DNA of 63,163 nucleotides, filler included, from a bacterium (GTDB lineage: Bacteria > JAMOTN01): NCBI GenBank assembly GCA_027062325.1. It is 3 parts of 3 records of this genome, joined end to end, with 100 filler letters (N's around TTAATTAATTAA, not from the genome) between each part and the next. Parts side by side here need not be neighbours in the genome. Positions count along the whole stretch, not along the records: positions 1 to 23,114 come from JAMOTN010000065.1; positions 23,215 to 45,915 come from JAMOTN010000066.1; 1 more part is not named here. One strand, written 5' to 3'. The notes beneath the pieces were generated by a model, which had not been told where the DNA came from, made no database searches, and worked only from the letters and a program-made list of their open reading frames with translations. The position numbers and the translations under genes are program-made. How positions within the stretch are numbered: the stretch's first letter is position 1; every line of letters begins with the position of its first letter. Shown piece by piece: positions 19,980 to 30,019 of the stretch.

Positions 19980-21860
19980 ATGGCGAAAGTTATCGGTATT
20001 GATCTTGGAACAACAAACTCTTGCATGGCGGTAATTGAAGGAGGAGAACCCGTAGTTATTCCAAATGCAGAGGGAGAAAGAGTAACTCCTTCGGTTGTAG
20101 CTTTCAAAAAAAATGGAGAGATAATTGTTGGAACTCCGGCTAAGCGTCAGGCTTTGATAAATCCAGATAGAACTATTCGCAGCATAAAGAGGAAGATGGG
20201 AACTAACTACAAGGTAAGTATTGATGGTAAAGAATATACGCCAGAGCAGATCTCAGCTTTCATTTTACAGAAGTTGAAGAGAGATGCCGAAAGCTACCTT
20301 GGAGAGAAGGTTGAAAAGGCAGTTATAACAGTACCTGCTTACTTCCACGATTCGCAGCGTCAGGCAACCAAGAATGCTGGAAAAATTGCAGGACTTGAAG
20401 TTTTGAGGATTATAAATGAGCCAACTGCTGCAGCTCTTGCTTATGGATTCAACAATGAGAAGGAGATGACAATAGTAGTTGTTGATTTGGGTGGTGGAAC
20501 GTTTGATGTCTCAATCCTTGAGATTTCAGAAGGTGTCATTGAAGTTAAGGCGACGAGTGGAGATAACCACCTGGGTGGAGACGACTGGGATAAGAAGATA
20601 ATTGATTGGTTGGTGGAGGAGTTTAAGAAGCAGACAGGAATTGATGTTTCAAATGATCCACATGCTATGCAGCGCTTGTGGGATGAAGCGGAAAAAGCTA
20701 AGAAAGAGCTGTCTCAACAGCTTGAGGTTGAAATAAACATACCGTATTTGACAGCAGATGCAAGCGGACCTAAGCACTTGCAAACTAAGCTCACACGTGC
20801 CCAGTTTGAGGGTATGTGCCAGGATCTTTTAGAGAGACTAGAGAAGCCAATTTGGCAGGCATTAAAGGATGCAAAGCTTGAGCCAGAAAAGGTGGATAAG
20901 GTTCTGCTAGTTGGTGGATCGACCCGTATGCCAATGGTTCAGGAAAAAGTGCGCCAGATATTCAAGAAAGAGCCGGAAAAAAGAATAAATCCTGATGAGG
21001 CGGTTGCAATAGGGGCAGCAATTCAAGCAGGAATTTTGACAAAAGAGGTAAAAGATGTGCTGTTGCTTGACGTTACACCGTTGTCACTCGGTATAGAAAC
21101 ACTTGGTGGAGCGTTTACTGTGCTCATTCCAAGAAACACACCAATACCAACTAAGAAAAGTGAAATATTTACAACAGCAGAAGACAATCAGACAGCAGTT
21201 ACCATCCACGTACTTCAAGGAGAGCGCCCAATGGCTAAGGATAACATAAGTCTTGGATACTTCCACTTGATTGGAATTCCTCCGGCTCCAAGAGGGGTAC
21301 CCAAAATTGAAGTTACTTTCGATATAGATGCGAATGGAATACTTACGGTTACGGCAAAAGATCTTGGAACTGGAAAAGAACAACAGATGAGGATAGAGGC
21401 ACCGACTTACTTGAAGGAAGAAGATATAAAGAGAATGAGAGAAGAGGCAGAAAAGCATGCAGAAGAAGATAAAAAGAAGAGAGAATGGCTTGAGTTAAAG
21501 AATAAGACTGATCAGTTGATATACAGTATCGAAAAGATGTTTGAAAATTCAGAACTTGCCTCGAAGGTAGATAGCAATTTGAAGTCTCAAATTGATGAGA
21601 CCATCAAGAAGATAAAAGAGGTAATGGATGATTACGAGAAGAAAGATGATCTTGAGAGATTGTTCAATGAGTTGACACGCTTGACTCATGAAATTAGCAA
21701 GCAAGTTTATGGTGATGCAGCTGGTGGTGCTCAAGGTGGTTTTGCAGGTGGAGCCAACTTTACGGATAATGCAGGTCAAGCGACTGCTGGAACTAGTGGT
21801 GTTCAGGGATCTCAAAGTCAGGGATCGGATGATGAAGTTATAGATGCGCAATTTGAGTAG
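19980..21860 (+). CDS. dnaK: Chaperone DnaK (Hsp70)
   Basis: [35 protein letters not shown]-terminal VIDAQFE. Confidence 0.99.
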   Translation: MAKVIGIDLGTTNSCMAVIEGGEPVVIPNAEGERVTPSVVAFKKNGEIIVGTPAKRQALINPDRTIRSIKRKMGTNYKVSIDGKEYTPEQISAFILQKLKRDAESYLGEKVEKAVITVPAYFHDSQRQATKNAGKIAGLEVLRIINEPTAAALAYGFNNEKEMTIVVVDLGGGTFDVSILEISEGVIEVKATSGDNHLGGDDWDKKIIDWLVEEFKKQTGIDVSNDPHAMQRLWDEAEKAKKELSQQLEVEINIPYLTADASGPKHLQTKLTRAQFEGMCQDLLERLEKPIWQALKDAKLEPEKVDKVLLVGGSTRMPMVQEKVRQIFKKEPEKRINPDEAVAIGAAIQAGILTKEVKDVLLLDVTPLSLGIETLGGAFTVLIPRNTPIPTKKSEIFTTAEDNQTAVTIHVLQGERPMAKDNISLGYFHLIGIPPAPRGVPKIEVTFDIDANGILTVTAKDLGTGKEQQMRIEAPTYLKEEDIKRMREEAEKHAEEDKKKREWLELKNKTDQLIYSIEKMFENSELASKVDSNLKSQIDETIKKIKEVMDDYEKKDDLERLFNELTRLTHEISKQVYGDAAGGAQGGFAGGANFTDNAGQATAGTSGVQGSQSQGSDDEVIDAQFE

Positions 21861-21932
21861 AAGGGAAGGAATAGAGAAAAGAGTGTGGGAGATGAGAAGT
21901 TTCATAAAGTACGAAAATAGGCGAAAATTATT

Positions 21933-21957
21933 AGGGGGGTGATAAGCCCCCCTTTTT
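21933..21957 (+). terminator. Rho-independent terminator after dnaK
   Basis: AGGGGGGT-GATAA-GCCCCCCT hairpin followed by a T-rich tail. Confidence 0.85.
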
Positions 21958-22034
21958 GTTTTTTGTATGATTCGAAGTTTTAAAGAATGTTAAGAGAATG
22001 TTCTGAAAAATTTGCAAAATCAGGAGTGATTGAT

Positions 22035-22883
22035 ATGTTTGACTTTTTAATAGTGTTACAAGCACGAAGTGGTTCTACGCGTCTTCCAAGAAAGGCTTTT
22101 TACAGGTTGTCTACAAATGGTGAATGGCTAGTTAAGCGTTGTTTGATACGGCTTAGCAGATTGCGTGAAGAACTTGAAAAATTAAAAAAAAGAGCCAAAC
22201 TTGTTTTAGCAGTTCCTGAAAATGATGAATTTTTGGATAAGTTCAAAAGAGCTGCTTATGAACTAGGTGTTGAACTCTTAATGGGAAGTGAAGAGCATGT
22301 TTTAAGTAGATTTTGGAAGGCTTTGGAGAATTGGTCAAGTTGCTATGTAGTAAGAGCTACTGCTGATAATGCGTTTGTAGATGTTAAAGCAGCTATTGAG
22401 TTGTGTGAGGAGATAGAAAAACGGGAGGTTGATTATTGTGCTTTAAAGAATGAGCCGTTGGGAGTAGGTGTTGAAGTAGTAAAAGCTGATGCTCTTTTGA
22501 GTTTAAAAAATGAGAAATTGAATGAAAAGGAAATTGAGCATGTTACTTATGCAATTCACAATACTAGAAAAAAAAGATTTAAAATAGAAAAAATGGATTT
22601 TTCGAAAGTTTATCCAGCCCTTAAAATTCAAAATGTACGTTTAACACTTGATACTCTGTTTGATTGGATTTTTCAGAATTTTTTAGCAAAGGAGATCGAG
22701 GTTAAATTCAGAAATTGGAAGATGTTTGATTTTGATCATTTAGATGAGATATTAGAAAGTAAAAGAGAACTTTTAGTTTTGGAGAAGGTGGCTTCTTTGT
22801 ATGCAGCAGGAAAAGTTGCGATTGAAATTGGTAGTAGTATTGACTTGATAAAGTTTCTTGACATAGAAAAATTCAGTGGGTAA
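22035..22883 (+). CDS. SpsF-like acylneuraminate/CMP-KDO-family cytidylyltransferase
   Basis: QARSGSTRLPRK, GSEEHVLSRF, VRATADNAFVD, EHVT, RLTLDT. Confidence 0.85.
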   Translation: MFDFLIVLQARSGSTRLPRKAFYRLSTNGEWLVKRCLIRLSRLREELEKLKKRAKLVLAVPENDEFLDKFKRAAYELGVELLMGSEEHVLSRFWKALENWSSCYVVRATADNAFVDVKAAIELCEEIEKREVDYCALKNEPLGVGVEVVKADALLSLKNEKLNEKEIEHVTYAIHNTRKKRFKIEKMDFSKVYPALKIQNVRLTLDTLFDWIFQNFLAKEIEVKFRNWKMFDFDHLDEILESKRELLVLEKVASLYAAGKVAIEIGSSIDLIKFLDIEKFSG

Positions 22884-22886
22884 AAT
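22858..22886 (+). promoter_or_regulatory. Sigma-70 promoter of tRNA-Pro
   Basis: TTGACA-17 nt-TAAAAT, 26 nt before the tRNA. Confidence 0.8.
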
Positions 22887-22912
22887 TTAATTGCTTAGGT
22901 GGAGTAAAGAGT

Positions 22913-22987
22913 CGGGGCGTAGCTCAGTCTGGCTAGAGCACTGGCCTTGGGAGCCAGGGGTCGCAGGTTCAAGTCCTGCCGCCCCGA
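22913..22987 (+). tRNA. tRNA-Pro(TGG), CCA not encoded
   Basis: Acceptor CGGGGCG/CGCCCCG, anticodon arm CTGGC-CTTGGGA-GCCAG, T arm GGTTCAAGTCC. Confidence 0.97.
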
Positions 22988-23002
22988 TTTTTTTATTTGT
23001 AC

Positions 23003-23114
23003 TTATTTTTTGCTCAGTGTAAAGGCTTTGATGCCTATTCCGGTTGTAACTGCTTTGAGTATATCGTTTAAGATAAATGGCCAGAGACCGAGTTCAAGAA
23101 CATGTTTCCATGAG
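23003..23114 (-). CDS. bioY: C-terminal fragment of a probable BioY biotin transporter, cut by the gap
   Basis: Not in the ORF track; translates as SWKHVLELGLWPFILNDILKAVTTGIGIKAFTLSKK*, matching the BioY C-terminal GxxPFxxxDxxK motif. Confidence 0.6.
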
Positions 23115-23214
23115 NNNNNNNNNNNNNNNNNNNNNNNNNNNNNNNNNNNNNNNNNNNNTTAATTAATTAANNNNNNNNNNNNNNNNNNNNNNNNNNNNNN
23201 NNNNNNNNNNNNNN
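23115..23214. other. Artificial contig spacer
   Basis: N44-TTAATTAATTAA-N44; the 12-mer gives stops in all six frames. Confidence 0.97.
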
Positions 23215-24020
23215 GCATCCTCATAGCGTGAACCAGCATTACAGGAACCACAACAAGCATACCTGGAAGCATATTCAGCTCTTAATATTCTTCTGTCTAT
23301 ACGACTTAGATATATTCTTCTCTTATCAGTCCCCGTCTTTCCATAGGTCATCATCCACATATTCTGTTCCTCAATCGCAGGAATTACCTCTTTAAAAAGT
23401 TTTACAACTTCATCCGTTGTAAGTTTTATACACGTTAATGAACTACTCCAACTATCAGCACAACTCCCCAGACACAAAACATTTTTTCCATATCCATACT
23501 CTCCACCTACAACTGAGCTTCCACCATGGCAATTTTGAATAGGTCCGCTGTAAAAAAGAGGAGCCCATTTTGTCACTTCTGAAGCCGGTATTCCCGAAGT
23601 ACACTGTGGATGACACTTGCTCAAGGCAAAAGCTTTTATATCACCACCAGTAACGGGAGTTTCCCTTCCACTTTCTCGGTTTGTTTTTTCAAAGATAAAT
23701 GGTCCATCCCAACCAAGAGCTGCATTTATGGAGATGAAGTCATACGAAACAGGTGCAGCACTGTAACTAACACTGCTTGGACCCAAACTCAATGGTGACA
23801 CAGGATCTTGGGTCATAGTAGCTAATTTTACGATGAAAACTGTACCATGATCCTTATCTAGCAGCGAAGTATTAAACATAGCTTCTGCTTGCGTAATTTT
23901 TCCCACTAGTATGTACAGCTTCTCCTCTTTGTCTTCAGCAATAGCCAATTTTGCAACAAAGCCAATTGTTAAAATAATTACAATAGCAACAAATGGAACT
24001 TTCCATAACTTAAAAGACAT
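23215..24020 (-). CDS. Secreted cysteine-rich hypothetical protein, 3' truncated by the gap
   Basis: Signal peptide ending AIA|ED; clustered Cys (CHPQC, CLGSC, CCGSC); no stop before the gap. Confidence 0.7.
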
Positions 24021-24112
24021 ATCACTCCACCCCCACTAAGTTCAGCTAGCTTTTTCCCTCCTATAATCCGTTATCACAGATTTTGACGCATGAAACAACT
24101 CAAAAGAACATT

Positions 24113-24991
24113 TCAACGAAAATTTCTACCTCTCCACAACCTCCAAAATCCAAGCGCAACCCTCAAGTCGTGCTCATCTAATCCATACTTCCTATATATT
24201 CTTCTCAACATTTCAAAAGTCAAATCTGGTGCTCCAATCACTCGAATTTCTTCCGTATCTACAAAATCAAATAACTTTCCAAGCAGTGCAAAAGAGTTAA
24301 AATAATTGTTCAAAGTTGGACCAATCTCAACTGCTCCTGCTATTATATTCATCAAGCGATCATTCAATCCGCTTTCCAACTCTTCGGGTAAATATAGAGA
24401 AGCTACTCTTGGAAGTCCCCACGTAAATATTAGTTTCACTCCTTCTTTTGAAAAAAATTTTGTCTGTTCAAAAATATCATTCTTTATCTGCAAAACAAAC
24501 TCCCTCATCTGAACATATTTTTTAAGACTCATGAGCTTCTTCACTGTATTAAAAACCTTCTCAAGCTTCATATAGCTCTTTTTTTCTTCAAAATTCCCAC
24601 GTTGCAACAGAAAATAACCGTAATCAGCCATACAATCAATAAACTTCTTCAATCTCTTATAAAACGGATCATCATCTATGCTAACCTGCTGCAACGGCTT
24701 CAGTTTCTTCTCCTCCTCTGTTCGAATTTTCTTCAAAACAGACGGCTTAAATTCACTTTTTTCTAGTTCACTTATTGGAAGAAAAGAAAAACTGCGCATA
24801 CTGTACACAAGATTCAAAGGATGGAGCATCCAAATAACATCAGCCTTCACATAAGCCAATTTAAAATTTACAGCAGAATTAAAATCTCCCATATTTTCTG
24901 TAGATTTAAAACGCGCACATCCCCAAAACACCAAAATTAGACCCATGATCACGCAAATCAGTAAACTTTTAAAATACAACCTTCTGCTCAT
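24113..24991 (-). CDS. Hypothetical lipoprotein with weak OmpH/Skp-like features
   Basis: Lipobox VFWGC; KLAYVKADVI..HP start, helical middle and PDLTFEMLRRI end loosely resemble Skp termini. Confidence 0.5.
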   Translation of the reverse strand: MSRRLYFKSLLICVIMGLILVFWGCARFKSTENMGDFNSAVNFKLAYVKADVIWMLHPLNLVYSMRSFSFLPISELEKSEFKPSVLKKIRTEEEKKLKPLQQVSIDDDPFYKRLKKFIDCMADYGYFLLQRGNFEEKKSYMKLEKVFNTVKKLMSLKKYVQMREFVLQIKNDIFEQTKFFSKEGVKLIFTWGLPRVASLYLPEELESGLNDRLMNIIAGAVEIGPTLNNYFNSFALLGKLFDFVDTEEIRVIGAPDLTFEMLRRIYRKYGLDEHDLRVALGFWRLWRGRNFR

Positions 24992-25013
24992 TATTTACCC
25001 TCCATCCAGCAGA

Positions 25014-26264
25014 CTAAAAACTTTTCACAAAATCAAAGATACTACGCGGTACACTCGATTCAGCTATCAAACGCTGGGCTTCTGCATCCGTAAGACTTGC
25101 TATGAAATCACGCACCACTACAGCCTTTTTATCCCCATACTTTTCACGGTAATCACGACTCATCTTCATAAAGAATTTGTAAACCGGACTTTCTTTTCTA
25201 CCAGTCTCCAGATCAAACAACATCTCCTCAAATATGCGCCATAAACCAGTGCGTATCTTTTCCTTTTCCTTTCTAAGGCGCATCGAAATTTCATCGTTCC
25301 GTGTCTGCCAACGAAGGTAGATATTCTCATAATTCCACTTTTTCAACTCAAGAACTGCATCCGAGATCTCTTTTGAAAATGATACAAACGGCTGATGATA
25401 AGACGTGCGAACTATGTCTTTAACAATAGTCTCAATAATTTTACCGTTTGTGTTGCCAAGAATCTCAACTAGGTTACGCGGCAGCTCCTTCCTCTTGATT
25501 ATTCCAAGCTTTATAGCATCCTCAATATCACTTCCTATATAAGCAACAGTATCTGCAATTCTAACCACGCATCCTTCCAAAGTAGCAGGAAATGTCTGAA
25601 CTGCTTCTCCATTCACCTTAGAAGACAAGTAATTCTCAAGATCCTCATCAGTTTTTTCCCACTCTGGTTCCAACTTCATGTTATGAACTTCTCCGTCATG
25701 AGAGGCAATTCCATCACGCACAGCAAAGGTTAAATTCAAACCTTCTCCATTTCTCTCTATCTCATCTACAACGCGTACTCCATGAACGTTGTGATGAAAG
25801 TGACCAATTCCGTAGTGCTGGCAAATCTCAGATAGTATGTATTCACCATCGTGTCCAAATGGTGGATGCCCCAAATCGTGCCCGTACGCTATCGCCTCTG
25901 TTAAATCCACGTTCAAATCCAGTGCCTTTGCAATCATTCTAGATACCTGAGCAACATAGTTTACATGTACCATTCTGTCAGAAAGCAAATAATTAGAAAG
26001 TGAAAAAACTTGTGTTTTCCCCCTGTAAGCACGAAAGGCATCTGAAAATATTATGCGGTGTCTGTCACGCTCAAATGGTGTTCTCATATCATCGCTCATT
26101 CTCTTTTTACGCCGTATCAAACGCTTATCATCGGAAAATGAAGCCTTCTCGTACAAGTTCGAATATTCGAATAAGACCGATTTCTCCCGTAAAGTCATTC
26201 CACCGGGGAAAAACTTGAGAGTCAGCTGTTTTCTATACATTCCTCTAGCTCCCCTTTTTGCCAC
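25014..26264 (-). CDS. dgt: HD-domain deoxyguanosinetriphosphate triphosphohydrolase-like protein
   Basis: RTPFERDRHRII, KTQVF, HDLGHPPFGH.GE, TLEG...ADTVAY..SDIEDA, RDFIASLTD. Confidence 0.88.
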   Translation of the reverse strand: MAKRGARGMYRKQLTLKFFPGGMTLREKSVLFEYSNLYEKASFSDDKRLIRRKKRMSDDMRTPFERDRHRIIFSDAFRAYRGKTQVFSLSNYLLSDRMVHVNYVAQVSRMIAKALDLNVDLTEAIAYGHDLGHPPFGHDGEYILSEICQHYGIGHFHHNVHGVRVVDEIERNGEGLNLTFAVRDGIASHDGEVHNMKLEPEWEKTDEDLENYLSSKVNGEAVQTFPATLEGCVVRIADTVAYIGSDIEDAIKLGIIKRKELPRNLVEILGNTNGKIIETIVKDIVRTSYHQPFVSFSKEISDAVLELKKWNYENIYLRWQTRNDEISMRLRKEKEKIRTGLWRIFEEMLFDLETGRKESPVYKFFMKMSRDYREKYGDKKAVVVRDFIASLTDAEAQRLIAESSVPRSIFDFVKSF

Positions 26265-26314
26265 TCCTCACCAACTCCCCTCTGCTAACTTTAACCGCTA
26301 TTAAGTAGCTAACT

Positions 26315-27187
26315 TCAAACAGAATCATTTATATTGGATAAAGCCAAGCTATCTGTTATTGCTTTAACATTGAGTGGTATTTTTATGGCATCTTCTAGCA
26401 CTGCTTTTCTCCAACGATATGCTTTATTTTGCAAGTTATATCTCATTTTAATTTTAATAGTGAGAACCCCCTTTATATCCCACGGATAATACCCCGTCTG
26501 TTCCGGATTTGTTGCATCATTTTGATCATACTCATTACTTTTGAAACCTTCTGGAGGAAAAGATGACTTATACACCAAAACAACCTTTTCCACACCATCT
26601 AGCAACTTTTCCTCTTTGATATTGCCAGTATCCAAATTTTTCACACGCAAAATTAGATCGCCTTTATCATAAACAAGCTGAAACACTTTCTTTTTTCCTC
26701 CACTCCAGCCAGTAGAGGTTCGAATTTTAGGAGTTGCTTGCAACCATTGAGCCAACACAATTGGAGTAGCACCAGCAGTTGAGTAATCCACCTCAACAGT
26801 AGCAGTTTCATATATAGTATAGGCATCACTAGTTGTAGGCAAACCTGTTACCGCTTTGGTGGTAGCATAACTAGAATTCAAGCGAAAGTAATGCTGTTTT
26901 TTGGGACATATAGTTTCTCCATCCCATGTATCTCCGTTATCTATCTCCACACTGTATTCCGTAATTTTTACAGGATAACCTGCCGCCTCAATCTCCTTTC
27001 TGAGTTTTTTCAAAGCTCTAATCATCTTTTGATTCTGAGTTGCCTTCCAGATACCAACTGTGTATTCCTGATTAGCAAAGCGGTAAATTCCAAATGCAAA
27101 TCCCAAGAATATAGACAACACAGCAACGGCAACCATTAACTCAGCAAGAGTAAAAGCTCTTATCTTCACTCTTGTAATAAAATTCAT
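26315..27187 (-). CDS. Minor pilin/pseudopilin (PilW/GspJ-like)
   Basis: KIRA|FTLAELMVAVAVLS; RALKKLRKEIEAAG helix typical of this class; LLDGV. Confidence 0.75.
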   Translation of the reverse strand: MNFITRVKIRAFTLAELMVAVAVLSIFLGFAFGIYRFANQEYTVGIWKATQNQKMIRALKKLRKEIEAAGYPVKITEYSVEIDNGDTWDGETICPKKQHYFRLNSSYATTKAVTGLPTTSDAYTIYETATVEVDYSTAGATPIVLAQWLQATPKIRTSTGWSGGKKKVFQLVYDKGDLILRVKNLDTGNIKEEKLLDGVEKVVLVYKSSFPPEGFKSNEYDQNDATNPEQTGYYPWDIKGVLTIKIKMRYNLQNKAYRWRKAVLEDAIKIPLNVKAITDSLALSNINDSV

Positions 27188-27208
27188 ATTCAAAACCTCC
27201 CTTTATCC

Positions 27209-27766
27209 CTAATTTTTCTTTATAACCCAGTTGACCTTCGTTGTATAAACATACCACTGATCAAATTTCTTGCCTTTATCATTTAACCAACCGTAAACTC
27301 GGACAAACAAAGATTCATTACGCATAACCGACTTTTGTCCCAAAAGATAAGCTGATATTACTTCAGCCGTTGCCTCAAACGGATCATCGTTATCCTTGAG
27401 AATCTTCAAATCTGCCAAATAGGCATACAGATAGTCCGGTACCCGTTGAGTTCCTGAGGCAGAAAATGTGACACCAGGAACGTATTCCCAAAATTTTGTA
27501 AGATCCGTAACCTGATCTTCACTCTTTATCCCCTTATAAAATCTAACAGCATCATAAAAATCAGAAGGTAAAATAGAAAATTTTAAAAGAAATAACTGAT
27601 AAGCTCCTCTAGTAAAAAATTCGGATTTTCTAGCAAAAACATCATTAGACTCTATAACATACACATCTGTTGTTTTCTTGTACCAAACAGTAGTCACTAT
27701 GGCAAGCATAACTACTATTAATAACACTATAACAAGCGCTATTCCACGCTTTTTAGTAAACCTCAT
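27209..27766 (-). CDS. Minor pilin/pseudopilin (PilX/GspK-like N-terminus)
   Basis: KKRG|IALVIVLLIVVMLAI lacking Glu5, as in PilX/GspK. Confidence 0.7.
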   Translation of the reverse strand: MRFTKKRGIALVIVLLIVVMLAIVTTVWYKKTTDVYVIESNDVFARKSEFFTRGAYQLFLLKFSILPSDFYDAVRFYKGIKSEDQVTDLTKFWEYVPGVTFSASGTQRVPDYLYAYLADLKILKDNDDPFEATAEVISAYLLGQKSVMRNESLFVRVYGWLNDKGKKFDQWYVYTTKVNWVIKKN

Positions 27767-27789
27767 AAATATCACCACCTATAAGGTTG

Positions 27790-28593
27790 TTAATCAATCT
27801 TTGCCTTGAAAGAGATAAGATCCACCTGTCTTTTTAAGCTGGAAACTCTACTTTTCCAAGTAACTCTTACCCAAATTTTTAAAAATCTATTCTCTATCCA
27901 ACCAGTCTCTTTTAAATAGTTGGTATCTGTAACATCCGGACTCAACTCACTGTCGTCATTTGTCAGATCTTGATACGGCATCAGAAAGTGAAAATTCACG
28001 TCTATTCTCTTAACTTTTACATCTATGTAATACTTAACCTTTTTCTCATCCTGAACATAAAAACCAGAAGCATCTGCATTAACATGCATATCAAAACCAT
28101 GGCTGTTCAATATGGTATCCAGGCTATTTAACGTCTGATAACTGTAATATTTAAAAGCGCTTACCGTAGTCGAACCACCAACTCTTGCAGCCGCTTGAGA
28201 AGCTTCACCGGGATACATTCCCTTGTGATGACCGGGAGCCGAAGTATCAAGAGGAGCAATTCTATACGTAATACTCTTCGTCACAGCCCCAACTGCAGCA
28301 GCAGTGTTAGCATTATCAGCTATTTCCTTAAACGGAATCTTATCCAACAGAAAAACCATAACTTTCGTCGCCACATCCATTCCTTCCAAATTTTCCTCAA
28401 TTTTCGCAGAGTGCCTTAAACCACCTGTCAGATTGTAAACCAGGTACATAGCAACAATTCCGAATATTGCTATTGCAAACATCAGCTCCGTTAAGTTAAA
28501 ACCTCTTTTTTCAATAGAGTTTTTTCTCAAAGTAAAAAATGGCTTGTCGATTCTCTTTTTGGGGAAGAAAAGTTTAAAGGGGGCTTTATCCAT
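27790..28593 (-). CDS. Minor pilin/pseudopilin (PilV/GspI-like); start uncertain, possibly TTG 28530
   Basis: EKRG|FNLTELMFAIAIFG; C-terminal KIWVRVTW strand. Confidence 0.72.
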   Translation of the reverse strand: MDKAPFKLFFPKKRIDKPFFTLRKNSIEKRGFNLTELMFAIAIFGIVAMYLVYNLTGGLRHSAKIEENLEGMDVATKVMVFLLDKIPFKEIADNANTAAAVGAVTKSITYRIAPLDTSAPGHHKGMYPGEASQAAARVGGSTTVSAFKYYSYQTLNSLDTILNSHGFDMHVNADASGFYVQDEKKVKYYIDVKVKRIDVNFHFLMPYQDLTNDDSELSPDVTDTNYLKETGWIENRFLKIWVRVTWKSRVSSLKRQVDLISFKAKID

Positions 28594-30007
28594 GAAACAC
28601 CACCTCTATTTTTTCCAGCAATTACGCATATACGCGTTATTTATTTCAATTTTAGCAGTTTTCTACACCTTTTCTCAAACTTTAGAACTTCCAACAATTA
28701 CGCTTACACGAGAAGAGGAAATAAGATTCGAACATCTACCTCCATTTATTGAGACGAACGACAAAACCTTTTTGGAAATCGACAAGAAAAAATTATTCAA
28801 AGTCCCCCTCAGAAAAAGCTCCGTCAATATATCCAATAAACATCAAAATTCATTGAAAACTCTATACGTTGAAACAGAACCTGCTGACCAGATTAAGCTT
28901 TTGCTATCAACCCAGAATTTCAAGTTCGGTTTCGAAAAAAATGACAATGATCAAAGTCTAACACGAGTTAACGTACTATTCGACTTTGCCAAAATGCGCG
29001 GTGCGGAGAACAAAGTCCTGAAAAACACCCTATTTTACAGATACTTTGAACACTCAGAAGCAAATCCTTCTCCACACTTCCTTTCAAATTTCATCCAATG
29101 GGTATTTGAACCAAACAAAAACGTTAAATTCGATGTATCATATCTTAAAACCGAGCACATCTGGCACAATTCCTATGTGTTCTCAAACCTGACTATGAAC
29201 GTTTGGAAAGCTAAGAAAACTTCCGTAAATTTAGTCCTTGAACCTGTCTATGAATCTAAAAAACTCAATCAAGAGGAAAATTCCACAAAAGTTGCTGTGA
29301 AGCTCTGGGCTGAGAGAGACTTATCGAAAAATCTACTCAATACTTTAAATTTAAAGCTGGGAATTGACACTCAAGCAGAAGGTAAATTTTTTGTATCTGT
29401 GACTAAGTCTATTCTCGAGAACAAGTGGGGAGATTGGAGCTTCATCATAATAAATGAATCATTACCAGCCCCCAAACTCTACCGTGATTACACCGCATCT
29501 TTCGAGAGTAAATTCTTCAAACTGACAACATTCAAGATAAGCCTATCTAATAAAACATTTTATAAATTCAAACCATTTGAATATAGAGCAGCTCTAGCCA
29601 TTCAAACTAAAGACTTCTTCTATTCAAAAGACGGAACCCTTATAAGTAATGATCAGTTTACTCCCATATTTGAAGGAATAATAAAATACAGTCCAACATT
29701 CCATATAACAATTGAGGGTAATGTAAGAGCAAAGAGAAAATCTCCTAACACTGCTGACAGCGGAGTAGTAGGGATTTTCAAAGCCAGGATAAACGAAAAA
29801 AGGCTCACCATGAGTGCGGAACTCCACAAAGAGTGGGACACAAGCCTAAAACGAGACGCTGTATTTAATCTTAACGCCTCATACAAGTTATCCGATAAAT
29901 TTGAACTCGGCTTTAATGGAATCAATATTAATGATGCCGATTACACTTTTAGCAAGAATTTCAAATTGCTTAAAAAGTACAGTGTCTTCTTGAAAGTTAA
30001 GTTTTAG
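28592..30007 (+). CDS. Putative outer-membrane beta-barrel protein
   Basis: Signal peptide, amphipathic strands, FNLNASYKLSDKFELGFNGINI and terminal VFLKVKF beta-signal. Confidence 0.65.
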   Translation: MKHHLYFFQQLRIYALFISILAVFYTFSQTLELPTITLTREEEIRFEHLPPFIETNDKTFLEIDKKKLFKVPLRKSSVNISNKHQNSLKTLYVETEPADQIKLLLSTQNFKFGFEKNDNDQSLTRVNVLFDFAKMRGAENKVLKNTLFYRYFEHSEANPSPHFLSNFIQWVFEPNKNVKFDVSYLKTEHIWHNSYVFSNLTMNVWKAKKTSVNLVLEPVYESKKLNQEENSTKVAVKLWAERDLSKNLLNTLNLKLGIDTQAEGKFFVSVTKSILENKWGDWSFIIINESLPAPKLYRDYTASFESKFFKLTTFKISLSNKTFYKFKPFEYRAALAIQTKDFFYSKDGTLISNDQFTPIFEGIIKYSPTFHITIEGNVRAKRKSPNTADSGVVGIFKARINEKRLTMSAELHKEWDTSLKRDAVFNLNASYKLSDKFELGFNGININDADYTFSKNFKLLKKYSVFLKVKF

Positions 30008-30019
30008 GGGGGGTATAAG

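Noticed and set aside
22947-23162. 71-aa ORF from the track
   Set aside because: Overlaps tRNA-Pro and lies antisense to the BioY-like fragment.
23115-23214. TTAATTAATTAA palindrome repeated at 23159 and 45960
   Set aside because: Flanked by exactly 44 Ns on each side; an assembly linker, not biology. ORFs ending in it are truncations.
23215-24020. Multiheme cytochrome
   Set aside because: CH dipeptides occur, but there is no CxxCH motif.
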